Assembly: GCA_028023455.1 (NCBI GenBank)
Contig: JAQFVV010000005.1
Coordinates: 10,292,001-10,356,000 of the forward strand
Direction of reading: 5' to 3'
DNA from: Epiperipatus broadwayi
Taxonomy: Eukaryota; Animalia; Onychophora
Length of the DNA: 64,000 bases
A program made the position numbers and the translations under genes. Every line of letters starts with the position of its first letter. The first letter of the stretch is position 1. This document shows positions 52,898-64,000 of the stretch, in pieces. The notes under the pieces were generated by a model, which did no database searches, was not told the origin of the DNA, and saw only the letters and a program-made list of their open reading frames with translations.

Positions 52898-55800
52898 ATG
52901 TATAAACATGCACGTACTAATTACTTTAAGTTTATTAAGTGAGACAAAAAAATTAATTGATCTTATATGTTATTCTTTCATAGTCAATATTAATGAATAT
53001 AATTATTACATCTAAAACGTTTGAAAGAGATTCAATTGTGATTAAATATGCTGTATTAGTGATATAACAAAATTATTCAAAATATCATTGAAGTTGTAAA
53101 ATTTAATATTTCCAAAATAAGTAGTTTGCAGTTAAGTTTCATATAGACATGTAAGTTAAATTTTATATAACAAGTAGTTCAATGGATTTGTTCTCCCTCA
53201 TGCACACATCATGTTAAGCACCTTTAATATAATACAGAACATGTACAAAAAATTGGAATCAATAGAAATAAATTGAAGATGACAATAATTAATCATGGAT
53301 AAACAATTTATGTAATGATCAAAATTATCAAATATGTATCCTTAATATTTCAATAACAAATGAGAATAAAACACAAGGAATGTAATTATATCTATCATTA
53401 AATTTATCTAAGCTCACATTTAACCTTTAAGAATCCACTTAAAAAAGTTTAACAAGATACCCATTGAAATTAATTCATTGTAGAAAATATTGGACTGTTT
53501 TTTGGAGACACAATTAATGGACTTAAAGAATACAGCTATTTGTTTAATGTCAAACCAAGACTATACTATTAAAAGGATTAAATCCCCAAATTTGGAAAAA
53601 TGTTAGTTGTTTTTAAACCTGAATTGATAGTTCAGAAAATAATATATAGTTTATCACTTCCATAATTTATTCTAACATAATGAAAAGTAAATTGTTACAA
53701 TTATAAAAATGGATATCATTGCCAAATAAAGAATTTTGAAAGAATGAAAACATTAGTGTTTAGCTGGTAAGTCAATTTCAATAAATATATATAAATGCCT
53801 GATAATTCAGCTGGAATGGTAGTGATTTTTTCAGGTAGAATTGAAAAAATGTGTTTATTGTAGGATAAAACAGATTCCTCTAATCATGTGATATCATCTC
53901 TTATTTATATAAATTAATATTTTCAAACTAAAGACTGATCAAATTTAAAAAAAAATACTTTTACAAAATACTTTCAAACAATAAAAATATATTTAAGAAT
54001 TTAACATTCACAGGTAATTTCCATAATAGTAACAGATAAAGCATGGCTATATAAAAAATAGTATTATAAAATCTATAGTCAGAAGCAAGAATAGTTAAAA
54101 ATGACTTGCCATACAGTTCACTATATTAGGAAAATTTAGAAACTCTAGTTTTGTGTATAACCCATGGTATTGATACCTAACCTATGTTTGAAAGTCTACA
54201 ATTTGTTTACAGAAATTGCGTAATTGTTTTTTCCACATATATTCCTTTTTTTACATACCTAATTGTTATTATTTTGTCTCCTTTTACAAACTTTTTTATA
54301 ATTTTTCATATATCAAATTAATAATTTTTATACATTCAACTAGTGAGAGAAATGTAAGCACCATTAATAGTTCACATGACAAACTTTTGACAACAATCTT
54401 CTGATAGTATATAGGGCAGACTTGTCAATTGTCAGGTGATGAAAATTTGATGTCATTTTACTAATCAAAACTGAATAGTTATGCAGGGTATTTGTGAAAA
54501 AAATTATAAGTTAATTTTAAAATCTGACAAAATGTTTAAATTGCACCTAGTGTGGTTTCAAACTTTGGCCATAGCCTTAACAGGTTGATGTTCTTCCATA
54601 TTACTTGCTATGTAGTTTATAAACATTATAATTTATATGGGAACATACATTAGCAGATTGTTTATTCAGGAAAGTATTTTTCAATAAAATAAATTCCAAT
54701 TTTTCTAGTTTTCAAATAAGCTATTCAATGAGTGTGATATATATATATATTTTAAGATATTGCATTCATTTTGAAAACTCAATTACTTATTAATATTTAT
54801 AACTTTAAAAAAATAAGCTTTACAGATCTTTTTACATATCATTTAGTACATTATTGTGAATGTAATAATGTTCAATATTCATTTTTGCAGAGCATCACCA
54901 ATCATTGACATCTGTCTGAAATTTAGCATTGCTATCATTGTAAATAAGCCTGTCCACTAAAATTTCTAGATTTGCTATCTTAATATAAACTGAACACTGA
55001 TTATATATATGTGGGAGCTGATGATCTGGAACAAGTGATAAGTGCTGGTTCAACATGAAATACATATATTGAAGATCATTTATCCTTATCACATGTATGT
55101 TGTCATGTATATTGATTATATTAGCTAGAATGGATGGCTCACACCCCCTTTAATTACTATAGTTATTATATTAAAAGTTTTCTAAGTGTGTGTTGATTAT
55201 TTTGCCAACAATCCTGCATATTTATGGACTGTTGAATCGAAAAAGACATTTATGCACTTACACTAAAAAATTCACAAGCCATAAAAATTAAATATATTTT
55301 ATTAAACTTGAATTATTACAAAATAAACAAAGGATATTTATACTCGATTTGCAATCTGTACATAAATATGAAAATAGAAGTACAATCAATCTAAATATCC
55401 AATTTAATACTTTAATTTAAATGCATTAAATATATAAAAATATCCACTTTTTTATACTAACAAAGTAGAATAAATAAAAACAATCATAATCATTCATTGT
55501 CAAAAAAAAAAAAAATTATATTTTTGTATAATTCAATAAATATGAACAGCTTTTCATTAAAACAACAAAAAAAGTTTACTTACAATAAATCTTACAAAAA
55601 AAATTAGTGATATATCATTAGTCCAGTGAACAAAAGAATAACTTGAAGTAATAATAAGTTACATAGCAATGAAACAATATGCATAAAAAACAAAGAGTAA
55701 AACTGATAATACAATAGAAATATTCATGTATATAGTCAGTTAATGTAAAAATAAACATAAAATATAACTATTAATAAATACATGTTAAATATATTATTTT

Positions 55801-56710
55801 GAGGAACAGTACATCTGGAATGAGAGAAAAAATCCAAACATTGCAAAGGGATTTTCAAAACTGTCAATTAAGGAGCATCATGTAAAAGAAGGCATCTAAG
55901 TAACTGGGTACTAATAAACAAAGTTACCAAATGAAACTCATTTTATATTGCAATCTGGCAAGACAATATTATACAGAGTGATGATTCTACCAAGGGACTA
56001 CTTTTGATAAAGCAGACTTTAGAGATCGAAAACTCACTGAATAAGGATTAAACGTTCATTTAATGAAGACAATTCGATGCTTTTGAATAAATAAAATAAA
56101 AGGAAATGCTAAATGAAAGCTAATAAAAATATAATTAGATAACTTTTTTATACAAAAATATAGTTTGTTTCTGGAGATACTTATATTTAAGAAGCTATAA
56201 AATTAATAAATGATTATCAAGTGTTAATTAAAGCATCTTTATTCTACACCATGTGCAACATTCATTTATTTGATTTACAATACTATTTTCTAGAGTAGAA
56301 AATACTTTTTTTATTACAGTAATGCAACAATAACTGTTTTTCCATATGACTGCATTATATTATATTCCTAAAAGAGAGCTTATTATGAATTATGAAAAAG
56401 CCTGGCACAAAATATCATTTGATTCTAAAAATAGAAAGCTTTATGTAGTTTTATGATTTGACATCTAGCAAATCAACTATATCAGTATTTTTAAATTTTA
56501 TTATCATGATAGTTTTTATAATTTACAATATGTTCAGTTTTATTTGCTTTTATGTCAAAATGTGAATAAAGTTTTGTATTTCAGAATATACTAAACCATC
56601 TAGATTATGACATATCATGAAAGGCTTGTTCTCAAAAAATCATTAATTTAATTTTGGATCTTTTGTCTTGAAAACTATTTGTTTTGATTTTATAAACCAT
56701 CTTTTCCATT
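52898..56710 (+). repeat. Old dispersed/segmental duplication, copy 2
   Basis: Colinear with 11165-16345; lacks the PLE fragment and the 15-kb family A composite. Confidence 0.85.
54946..55140 (+). mobile_element. Degenerate family A copy inserted only in duplication copy 2
   Basis: aagcctgtcca...tttgctatcttaatataaactgaacactgattat...gtgctggttcaacatgaaatacatatattg; hammerhead core mutated (gtgataa). Confidence 0.75.
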
Positions 56711-58813
56711 AAAAATTTTAAAATTCAAGCAATACAGATTGTCTGCCAAGTTGCTTAAAAAATCATATAACATTGAAGTTCCATTAAATTGATGATGTTA
56801 TGATCTCTGTTTATTTTTCTTAATTGGAAATTTATGTAGGATCCCTCAATTCCCCGAATCAGGCAAAGAAAATGATCAAGAATTGTTAAAATAATATATT
56901 TTTTTGATAGAGACTTGCTGGATAACAAGCAGTGATTATTAATAGTTGAAGCTAGAAATACTGTTTAAACTAGAATGAAATCACCTGACAGATGCATTGA
57001 ATAAAAGATTGAAAAATATAGACAAAATGAATTCTTCAATTGAAATTACTATAACTTATAGCTAATACAAAGATTTTTTTAAAATAAGCCCACCACTGAA
57101 ATTGCTGCAAAATCTTTCATGACATAGTCAAGACTTCACTTTTAGTAATGATTGGATTATTTTCATAAATCATACCTGCAGATCATAATAATGAGAAAAT
57201 ATTGCAATAGGATATAAAGAAATAAATAAAGTTTTAAGAAAATAATGATTTTAGAAGTTCTAAAAAATAGTAAAACTTTTTCTTATCTTTTAAAAAATGT
57301 TAACAATGTAGGATGATCTTGCATCCACCTTAGACAAAGTTAAAGCAGATTTTCTCATCAGTTAAAATCAATTTCTTCTAGAAAGTATTTCCATTTCTTA
57401 CAAAGCAAGTCAAATGTGATACATTAATGATATGAAAATAAAGTGTACAGGATTATTTTTTTGTTCAGTAGAATGCTTTTTAATAGAAATCTAAGACTAA
57501 AGATAATAGCCAATGAAACCATGTAGTGGTAGGAAGATATTATTTCCACTTATTCTAATTTCAAACCTAACCTTTCTTCACATAAAAACAGTAAAGCAAG
57601 TAAAAACTGTAAACTTAAAAATTTTAAAGTAAAGGATTTCAAACTAAGTCCAAGCCAAGAGTTAAAGCACATGAGATATCACGATTTTTTTATTCATTTC
57701 AGTATCAATTAGATTGTCTTGTGAAATACGCAAAATATAACAAGAAATAATATTTTTCCTGAAAATGTGTTGCTAAAAACATTAAGACATATGATCATAT
57801 CAACACCAAGAACTATGTTCATCACCTCAATGCTAAAAACAGGATTGCTAAAGACATCAAAAAATTAATTAGAGTATACAAAAATCTCATAACAAATATG
57901 TGAAAGACCATGACAGATGACATGAAAAATACCTTATAGGGCACCTGAAACTTTTTTTATTCAAGGAAACAAAATCTCTTGACAATATATCTAAGCAAGA
58001 AGTTGAACATTTACTCTCAACAACAAAAATGGCAGGAAAACAAATACAGTATTTTTGAAAATATCTGGTTATCTTTCCCCCATTCATTATGCTTTAATAG
58101 GAATTACTACAATTTGTGCACAGAAATGCATTTATAAAAGAGAAGAATTTAAAAATAAGGTCAGTTTATGTTATTGATCCTCCATTATGTAAAAAGAATA
58201 AAAACAAAAAATTTTCAATTCTACATTAATTGTTGATCCTCAAAACAATGCTAAGACAAGATCAATAAATATCCAGTTACTGATGACTGCATATACATAC
58301 AGTAGTACTGTGATAAAAAGGCTCAAATTTTGCTATTACTTTCTGTTATTTACACAAATCAAAAATTCTATTGTATATCAATTAATTGTAATTATTTTTT
58401 TGTTCATAATTTCCTTTTTAAGTAATAACTAAATAATACTTGATAAACTAATTTCATTTTTGTTGCAATAATACTGCTTAAATTGTTGTTGTTTTTTAAT
58501 TAAATATTTGTCTAGTGGATATTGGTGAAAAGGCCATTGCGCATAATAAGCTATTTAAAAGTTGTATCTTTTTAGGTACTTATGTCTAACAAAATAAAAA
58601 AATACTAATGGGTCAATTTTAATTTTTAAGTTTTTTTTAGAAACTCTGGGATATTTTCAATTAGAAAATTAAGTCTAATATGTAACATTTATAATAATTT
58701 TGTGATATCTAAGTATTAGTTTTCACAAAAGAGCTTCATAAATAATGTATATAAGTATAATGTGATACCCATTTGGAATCAGGTTCCAAAAAAAATGGAA
58801 AATAACATTGTTT

Positions 58814-59737
58814 TTATGTATTGAGGCTACACATATATACACATGGAATATATATATATATATGTCTGCTTCACCATTCACTGTGGTTTAACTAAAGACC
58901 CTTATTGAGACTACACATATATACACATGGAATATATACATGTCTGCTTCTCGATTCACTGTGGTTTAACTAAAGACCCTGAGTTCAACCACAATGAATG
59001 TAGATTAAATTTAAAGTAGGAAAAAATTTACGGAATATTCTTTTTAATTTTAGAAAATGAAATGAAAAGATTTTATTTTAGATAAAGAAACAAAATTTCT
59101 AGAGCTCATTAGAGACAAAGATTAATTAGATAAAGAAAAATAATTAATTAAAAAAACACTGTAATTAAAAATAAGATAGAGAACAATGGGAATTGGAATG
59201 CAAGATGGCTAATAAGTTGTGTAGATAGAGTTTAGTTTCTGCGCGGCTTTTGCCTGGGTCAGTTCAACCGCTAGGACTGAAAATATCACAAGATATTTTT
59301 AGTGAAGAATAAATATAGTTAACTTGTGGGTAAAAGCTCCCACAAATAAGAATATATTAGCTCCCTGCCGTAGAGTTTGGAACCACAAACATTTAAAGAA
59401 ACTTAAAGAATTTTTGGGTGCTATAATGGAAATGGCCGAGTAGATTTTTCTCTCTCTCAATGGTTTCCTGTTTCTGCTGGAGCTGGAAAGGTGTAATATC
59501 ATAATGTAGAGTTGGTGCTAGAACATTCTTGCCTGACCAAATGCCTGCTGCCAGTCATGGATAATGAAGGACTACAATCAAAATAAGCTGTTACTTGTGT
59601 AGTGCTTTGGAATCTCCATAAGACTATCTAGCTAAAGAAATATGCATTTCAAATTACCGGTAATATAAATTTTGTATTAGTGTTTGGTTTATTTTAAAAT
59701 ATTATCATCAACAAAACATATACGTACATTTAGTTCT

Positions 59738-59773
<36 letters not shown>

Positions 59774-62700
59774 ATTTAATTAGTTTTAAAACGTTTTATT
59801 AAAAAGCGGAATAATAAAATATTCTGTCTTTTTTTTATATATATACAAGGTATTTTACCTCAGCGAAGCGCAAAAAGTCATTATAAATTAGATTAATGTT
59901 TTTGTTTTATTTTATTGTAAAGGAAATCAGTAGATCGTTCTTATTTTGGTTTACTTAAAAAAAAGCAAAATAATTGAAACTAAACTCAGCTTGTAGTTTT
60001 CTTCTTTTTTTTCTGGTTTCACATTTTGCTTTTTCAATCTGAATTAGAATTGCATATGCACATATATGTAGTCATATAATTGGGGTGAAATGATTGGAAA
60101 TAACATGTATATTTAAGTGGGAGAGAGAGTGTTTATATAATCTAGAAATGCTAAAGAAGTTCCATTAACAGAGGTGGGTAGAATTGGTTAAATAGAGTTC
60201 TCGTATCCTTTTTTATTAAGCTACTAGTAAATATATATATATATATATCTAAACGATTATGTAAAGATCGATAATATAAGGGGATTTCTTTTTAATCTAA
60301 TTTTTACCTCAGTTTTGTGAGAGCTTTGTGGCATGAGAATTTAGATATTCGTATTTAATTTCAGGCTTGATTTTTTTTTAAACGGATTATTATTCCATCT
60401 TAATCTTTCGTGTATTACTTGGGGAATCGGAAATATCTTTATAAATTGTGCCTTATTTCAATCTCCATATTGGTGGGCTTATCTTATGGACATCTCCGGA
60501 TAAGATTCCGAAAATCGTTATATGTAAAACCTATTAGTGACTGGACATAAGCGTTATGCTCCGTTCTGAACTCGGATCACGCTCTGCGAATGAGTTCCTT
60601 CTCACCCTACTATGTTTTAGGGCCGGAGCGCTATCCAGCCTCATTTCGTTCTGCACTCCTCATATAGAGAAATATCTCTGAAAAACTGCCTGCCAAGAAA
60701 AAGGAGAAAACCAATGAATCTCGGTATAATACATTTAGTTAATACCTTTGTTTTATTAAGCCTGACTATTTTCAATGCTCAAAGCACTATGCAGAAAAAC
60801 CTGATGATGTGGGTGATGTAAAAAGGAAAGAAAAGAAAGGGAGTTCAAATTTAAGTTACAGGCTATGTTTTTGTTACAGCTCCAAGAACATCTATTTAAC
60901 AAGTAATTTGTTTGTTTTGATTTTTTTTTTCTTTCTCTGCCACCTCTGAGTGATCCCTTTTACTCTCTCTCTCTTCCAAAAATCATTCATCCCATGTCAA
61001 GTAAATATAACTAAAACCGATATTTGCTGCCTATATGTAGTTATTATCAGTCCAATGATGCTCTCGGGTAGACCGAGAAGTCAGTGACCGCCTCTTTAGA
61101 TAGTGATCTTGTGTTTCTTTGTGTATATAATAAACTTTAATTCTTTTGTGAACAATAAATCTTTTTTTTTCTTTTTTAATCCATTCACATACCACTTATT
61201 CTTATTTGTAAATTCCTCCTTCGAGTCTTATCTCTCCCTGACCACCGGGCATACATTGAGAAGAAATTCTAGTGAGGTTTTGGAGAGTAAGTCAGTGGCA
61301 ATCTGGAGTAGGTGAGGTTCGAACCCCCTCAACCTGCATCTCTAGATTGGGTTAAAGTAGCTCTACTTTGCATACTGTTACAGTTTTTTTTTTGGGCACC
61401 AGATTATACAAAAAAAAAAAACTGTAACGGTATGAAAAGTAGAGCTGCTTTAACCCAATCTAGAGATGCCGGTTGAGGGGGTTCGAATCTCACCTACTCC
61501 TCCAGATTGCCACTAAGCAACTTACTCTCCACAACCTCACTAGAATTTCTTCTCAATGTATGCCCGGTGGTGAGGGAGAGATAAGACTCGAAATAGGAAT
61601 TTACAAATAAGAATAAGTGGTATGTGAATGTATTAAAAATAATAATAAAAAGATTTATTGTTCACAAAAGAATTAAAGTTTATTATATACACAAAGAAAC
61701 ACAAGATCACTATCTAAAGAGGCGGTCACTGACTTCTCGGTCTAACAGAGAGCATCAATGGACTGACAATAACTACATATAGGCAGTAAATATCGGTTTT
61801 AGTTCACAAAATTATATTATATTTACTTGGCATGGAATGAATGATTTTTGGAAGAGAGAGAGAGTAAAAGGAATCACTCAGAGGTGGCAGAGAAAGAAAG
61901 AAAAATCAAAACAAACAAATTACTCAATAAATAGATGTTCTTAAAGGTGTAACAAAAACATAACCTGTAACTTAAATTTGAACCTCCTTTCTTTGCTTTT
62001 CTTTTTACATCACCCACATCATCAGGTTTTTCTGCATAGTGCTTTGAGCATAGAAAATAGTCAGGCTTAATAAAACAAATGTATTAACTAAATGTATTAC
62101 TCCGAGATTCGTTGGTTTTCTCCTTTTTCTTGGCAGGCAGTTTTCCCGAGATTTTTCTCTATATGAGGAGTGCAGAACGAAATGAAGCTGGATAGCGCTC
62201 TGGCCCTAAAACATAGTAGGGTGAGAAGGAACTCATTCGCAGAGCGTGATCCGAGTTCAGAACGGAGCATAACGCTTATGTCCAGTCACTGATAGGTTTT
62301 ACGTATAACGATTTCTGGAATCTTATCCAGAGATGTCCGTAAGATAAGCCCAACAATATGGAGATTGAAATAAGACACAATTTACAAAGATATTTCCGAT
62401 TCCCCAAGTAATACACGAAAGATTAAGACGGAATAATAATCCGTTTAAAAAAAAAAAATCAAGCCTGAAATTAAATACGAATATCTAAATTCTCATGCCA
62501 CAAAGCTCTCACAAAACTGAGGGAAAAATTAGATTAAAAAGAAATCCCCTTATATTATCGATCTTTACATAATCATTTAAATATATATATATTTACTAGT
62601 GGCTTAATAAAAAAGGATACGAGAACTCTATTTAACCAATTCTACCCAACTCTGTTAATGGAACTTCTTTAGCATTTCTAGATTATATAAACACTCTCTC

Positions 62701-63897
62701 TCCCACTTAAATATACATGTTATTTCCAATCATTTCACCCCAATTATATGACTACATATATGCGCATATGCAATTCTAATTCGGATTGAAAAAGCAAAAT
62801 GTGAAACCAAAAAAAAAAGAAGAAAATTATAAGCTGAGTTTAGTTTCAATTATTTTTCTTTTTCTTTAAGTAAACCGAAATAAGAAAGATCTACTGATTT
62901 CCTTTACAATAAAATAAAACAAAAACATTAATCTAATTTATAATGACTTGGTAAAATACCTTGTATATATAAAAAAAAAGACAGAATATTTTATTATTCT
63001 GCTTTTTAATAAAATGTTTTAAAACTAATTAAATCACACACATATATATAAGAACTAAATGTACATATACATTTTGTTGATGATAATATTTTAAAGTAAA
63101 CCAACACTAATACAAAATTTATATTACCGGTAATTTGAAATGCGTACGTCTTTAGCTAGATAGTCTTATGGAGATTCTAGTGCACTACACAAGTAACGGT
63201 TTATTTTGATTGTAGTCCTTCATTATCCATGACTGGAAGCAGGCATTTGGTCAGGCAAGAATGTTGTAGTACCAACTCTACATTATGATATTACACCTTT
63301 CCAGCTCCAGCAAAAACAGGAAACCGTCGAGAGAGAGAAAAATCTACTTGGCCATTTCCATTAGGCACCCAAAAATTCTTTACGTTTCTTTGAATGTTTG
63401 TGGTTTCAAACTCTACGGCAGGAAGATAATATACTCTTATTTGTGGGAGCTTTTACCCACAAGTTAACTATATTTCTTCTTCACTAAAAATATCTTGTGA
63501 TATTTTCAGTTCTAGTGGTTGAACTGACCCAGGCAAAGGCCGTGCAGAAACTAAACTGTTCTCTCTATCTACACAACTTGTTAGCCATCTTGCATTCCAA
63601 TCCCCATTGTTCTCTATCTTATTTTTAATTACAGTGTTTTTTTAATTAATTATTTTTCTTTATCTAATTAATCTTTTTCTCTAATGAGCTCTAGAAATTT
63701 TGTTTCCTTATCTAAAATAAAATCTTTTCATTTCATTTTCTAAAATTAAAAAGAACATTCCGTAAATTTTTTCCTACTTTAAATTTAATCTACATTCATT
63801 GTGGTTGAACTCAGGGTCTTTAGTTAAACCACAGTGAATGGTGAAGCAGACATATATATATATTCCATGTGTACATATGTATAGCTTCAGTATGTAA
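58814..63897. repeat. ~5.1-kb palindrome: arms ~58814-61394 and 61409-63897, 14-bp spacer
   Basis: Continuous reverse-complement similarity (roughly 90-95% by eye); spacer ggcaccagattata at 61395-61408. The left arm has an extra tandem copy at 58819-58980. Confidence 0.95.
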
Positions 63898-64000
63898 GTT
63901 TTAATCAATACTAACATACATCACAATCATTTATATATGTTAGTCTCGTCTCACTTCTATTCATCTAATTTTTAAATCAAAAATATTAGATGACCACAGC

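Noticed and set aside
56900-58100. Possible non-LTR EN-RT linker remnant (ISKQEVEHLLSTTKMAG)
   Set aside because: Single weak motif; too little to call.
61285-61335. GGTTCGAAYC B-box-like motif suggesting a tRNA or SINE
   Set aside because: No cloverleaf, and the A-box candidate is too close and mismatched.
59299-63467. Mirror ORFs MILHLSSSS in the palindrome arms
   Set aside because: Short, frameshifted relative to each other, no homology recognised.
1-64000. CRISPR arrays, rRNA, tRNA or prokaryotic operons
   Set aside because: No repeat-spacer periodicity or RNA-gene signatures; sequence is eukaryotic in organisation.

Overview
Very AT-rich, CpG-depleted eukaryotic nuclear DNA (arthropod-like is an inference from the C2H2 gene style and TE content). 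The only clear host coding sequence is a minus-strand C2H2 zinc-finger array (20407-22068). The rest is largely transposon-derived: a nearly full-length but disrupted RTE-clade LINE (~16540-19803), a TIR-bounded Tigger/pogo element with a nested MITE, a hAT remnant, two Ty3/gypsy remnants (one with ~1 kb LTRs and a tRNA-Lys-like PBS), Penelope-like (PLE) fragments, an old ~4-5 kb duplication (11.2-16.3 kb vs 52.9-56.7 kb) and a ~5 kb palindrome (58.8-63.9 kb). The most notable signal is two unrelated non-coding repeat families, each carrying a type-I hammerhead ribozyme motif (CUGAUGA..GAAA..UH, very short stem III, extended bulged stem I). They occur as tandem units of 484 nt and 437 nt between predicted cleavage sites and as fold-back insertions flanked by 12-14 bp TSDs; a third family shows the same fold-back plus 14 bp TSD pattern. 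This resembles a set of retrozyme-like/PLE-dependent elements. A degenerate HDV-like ribozyme fold is also visible at the RTE 5' end. All structures and homologies were judged by eye; no searches or folding programs were run.
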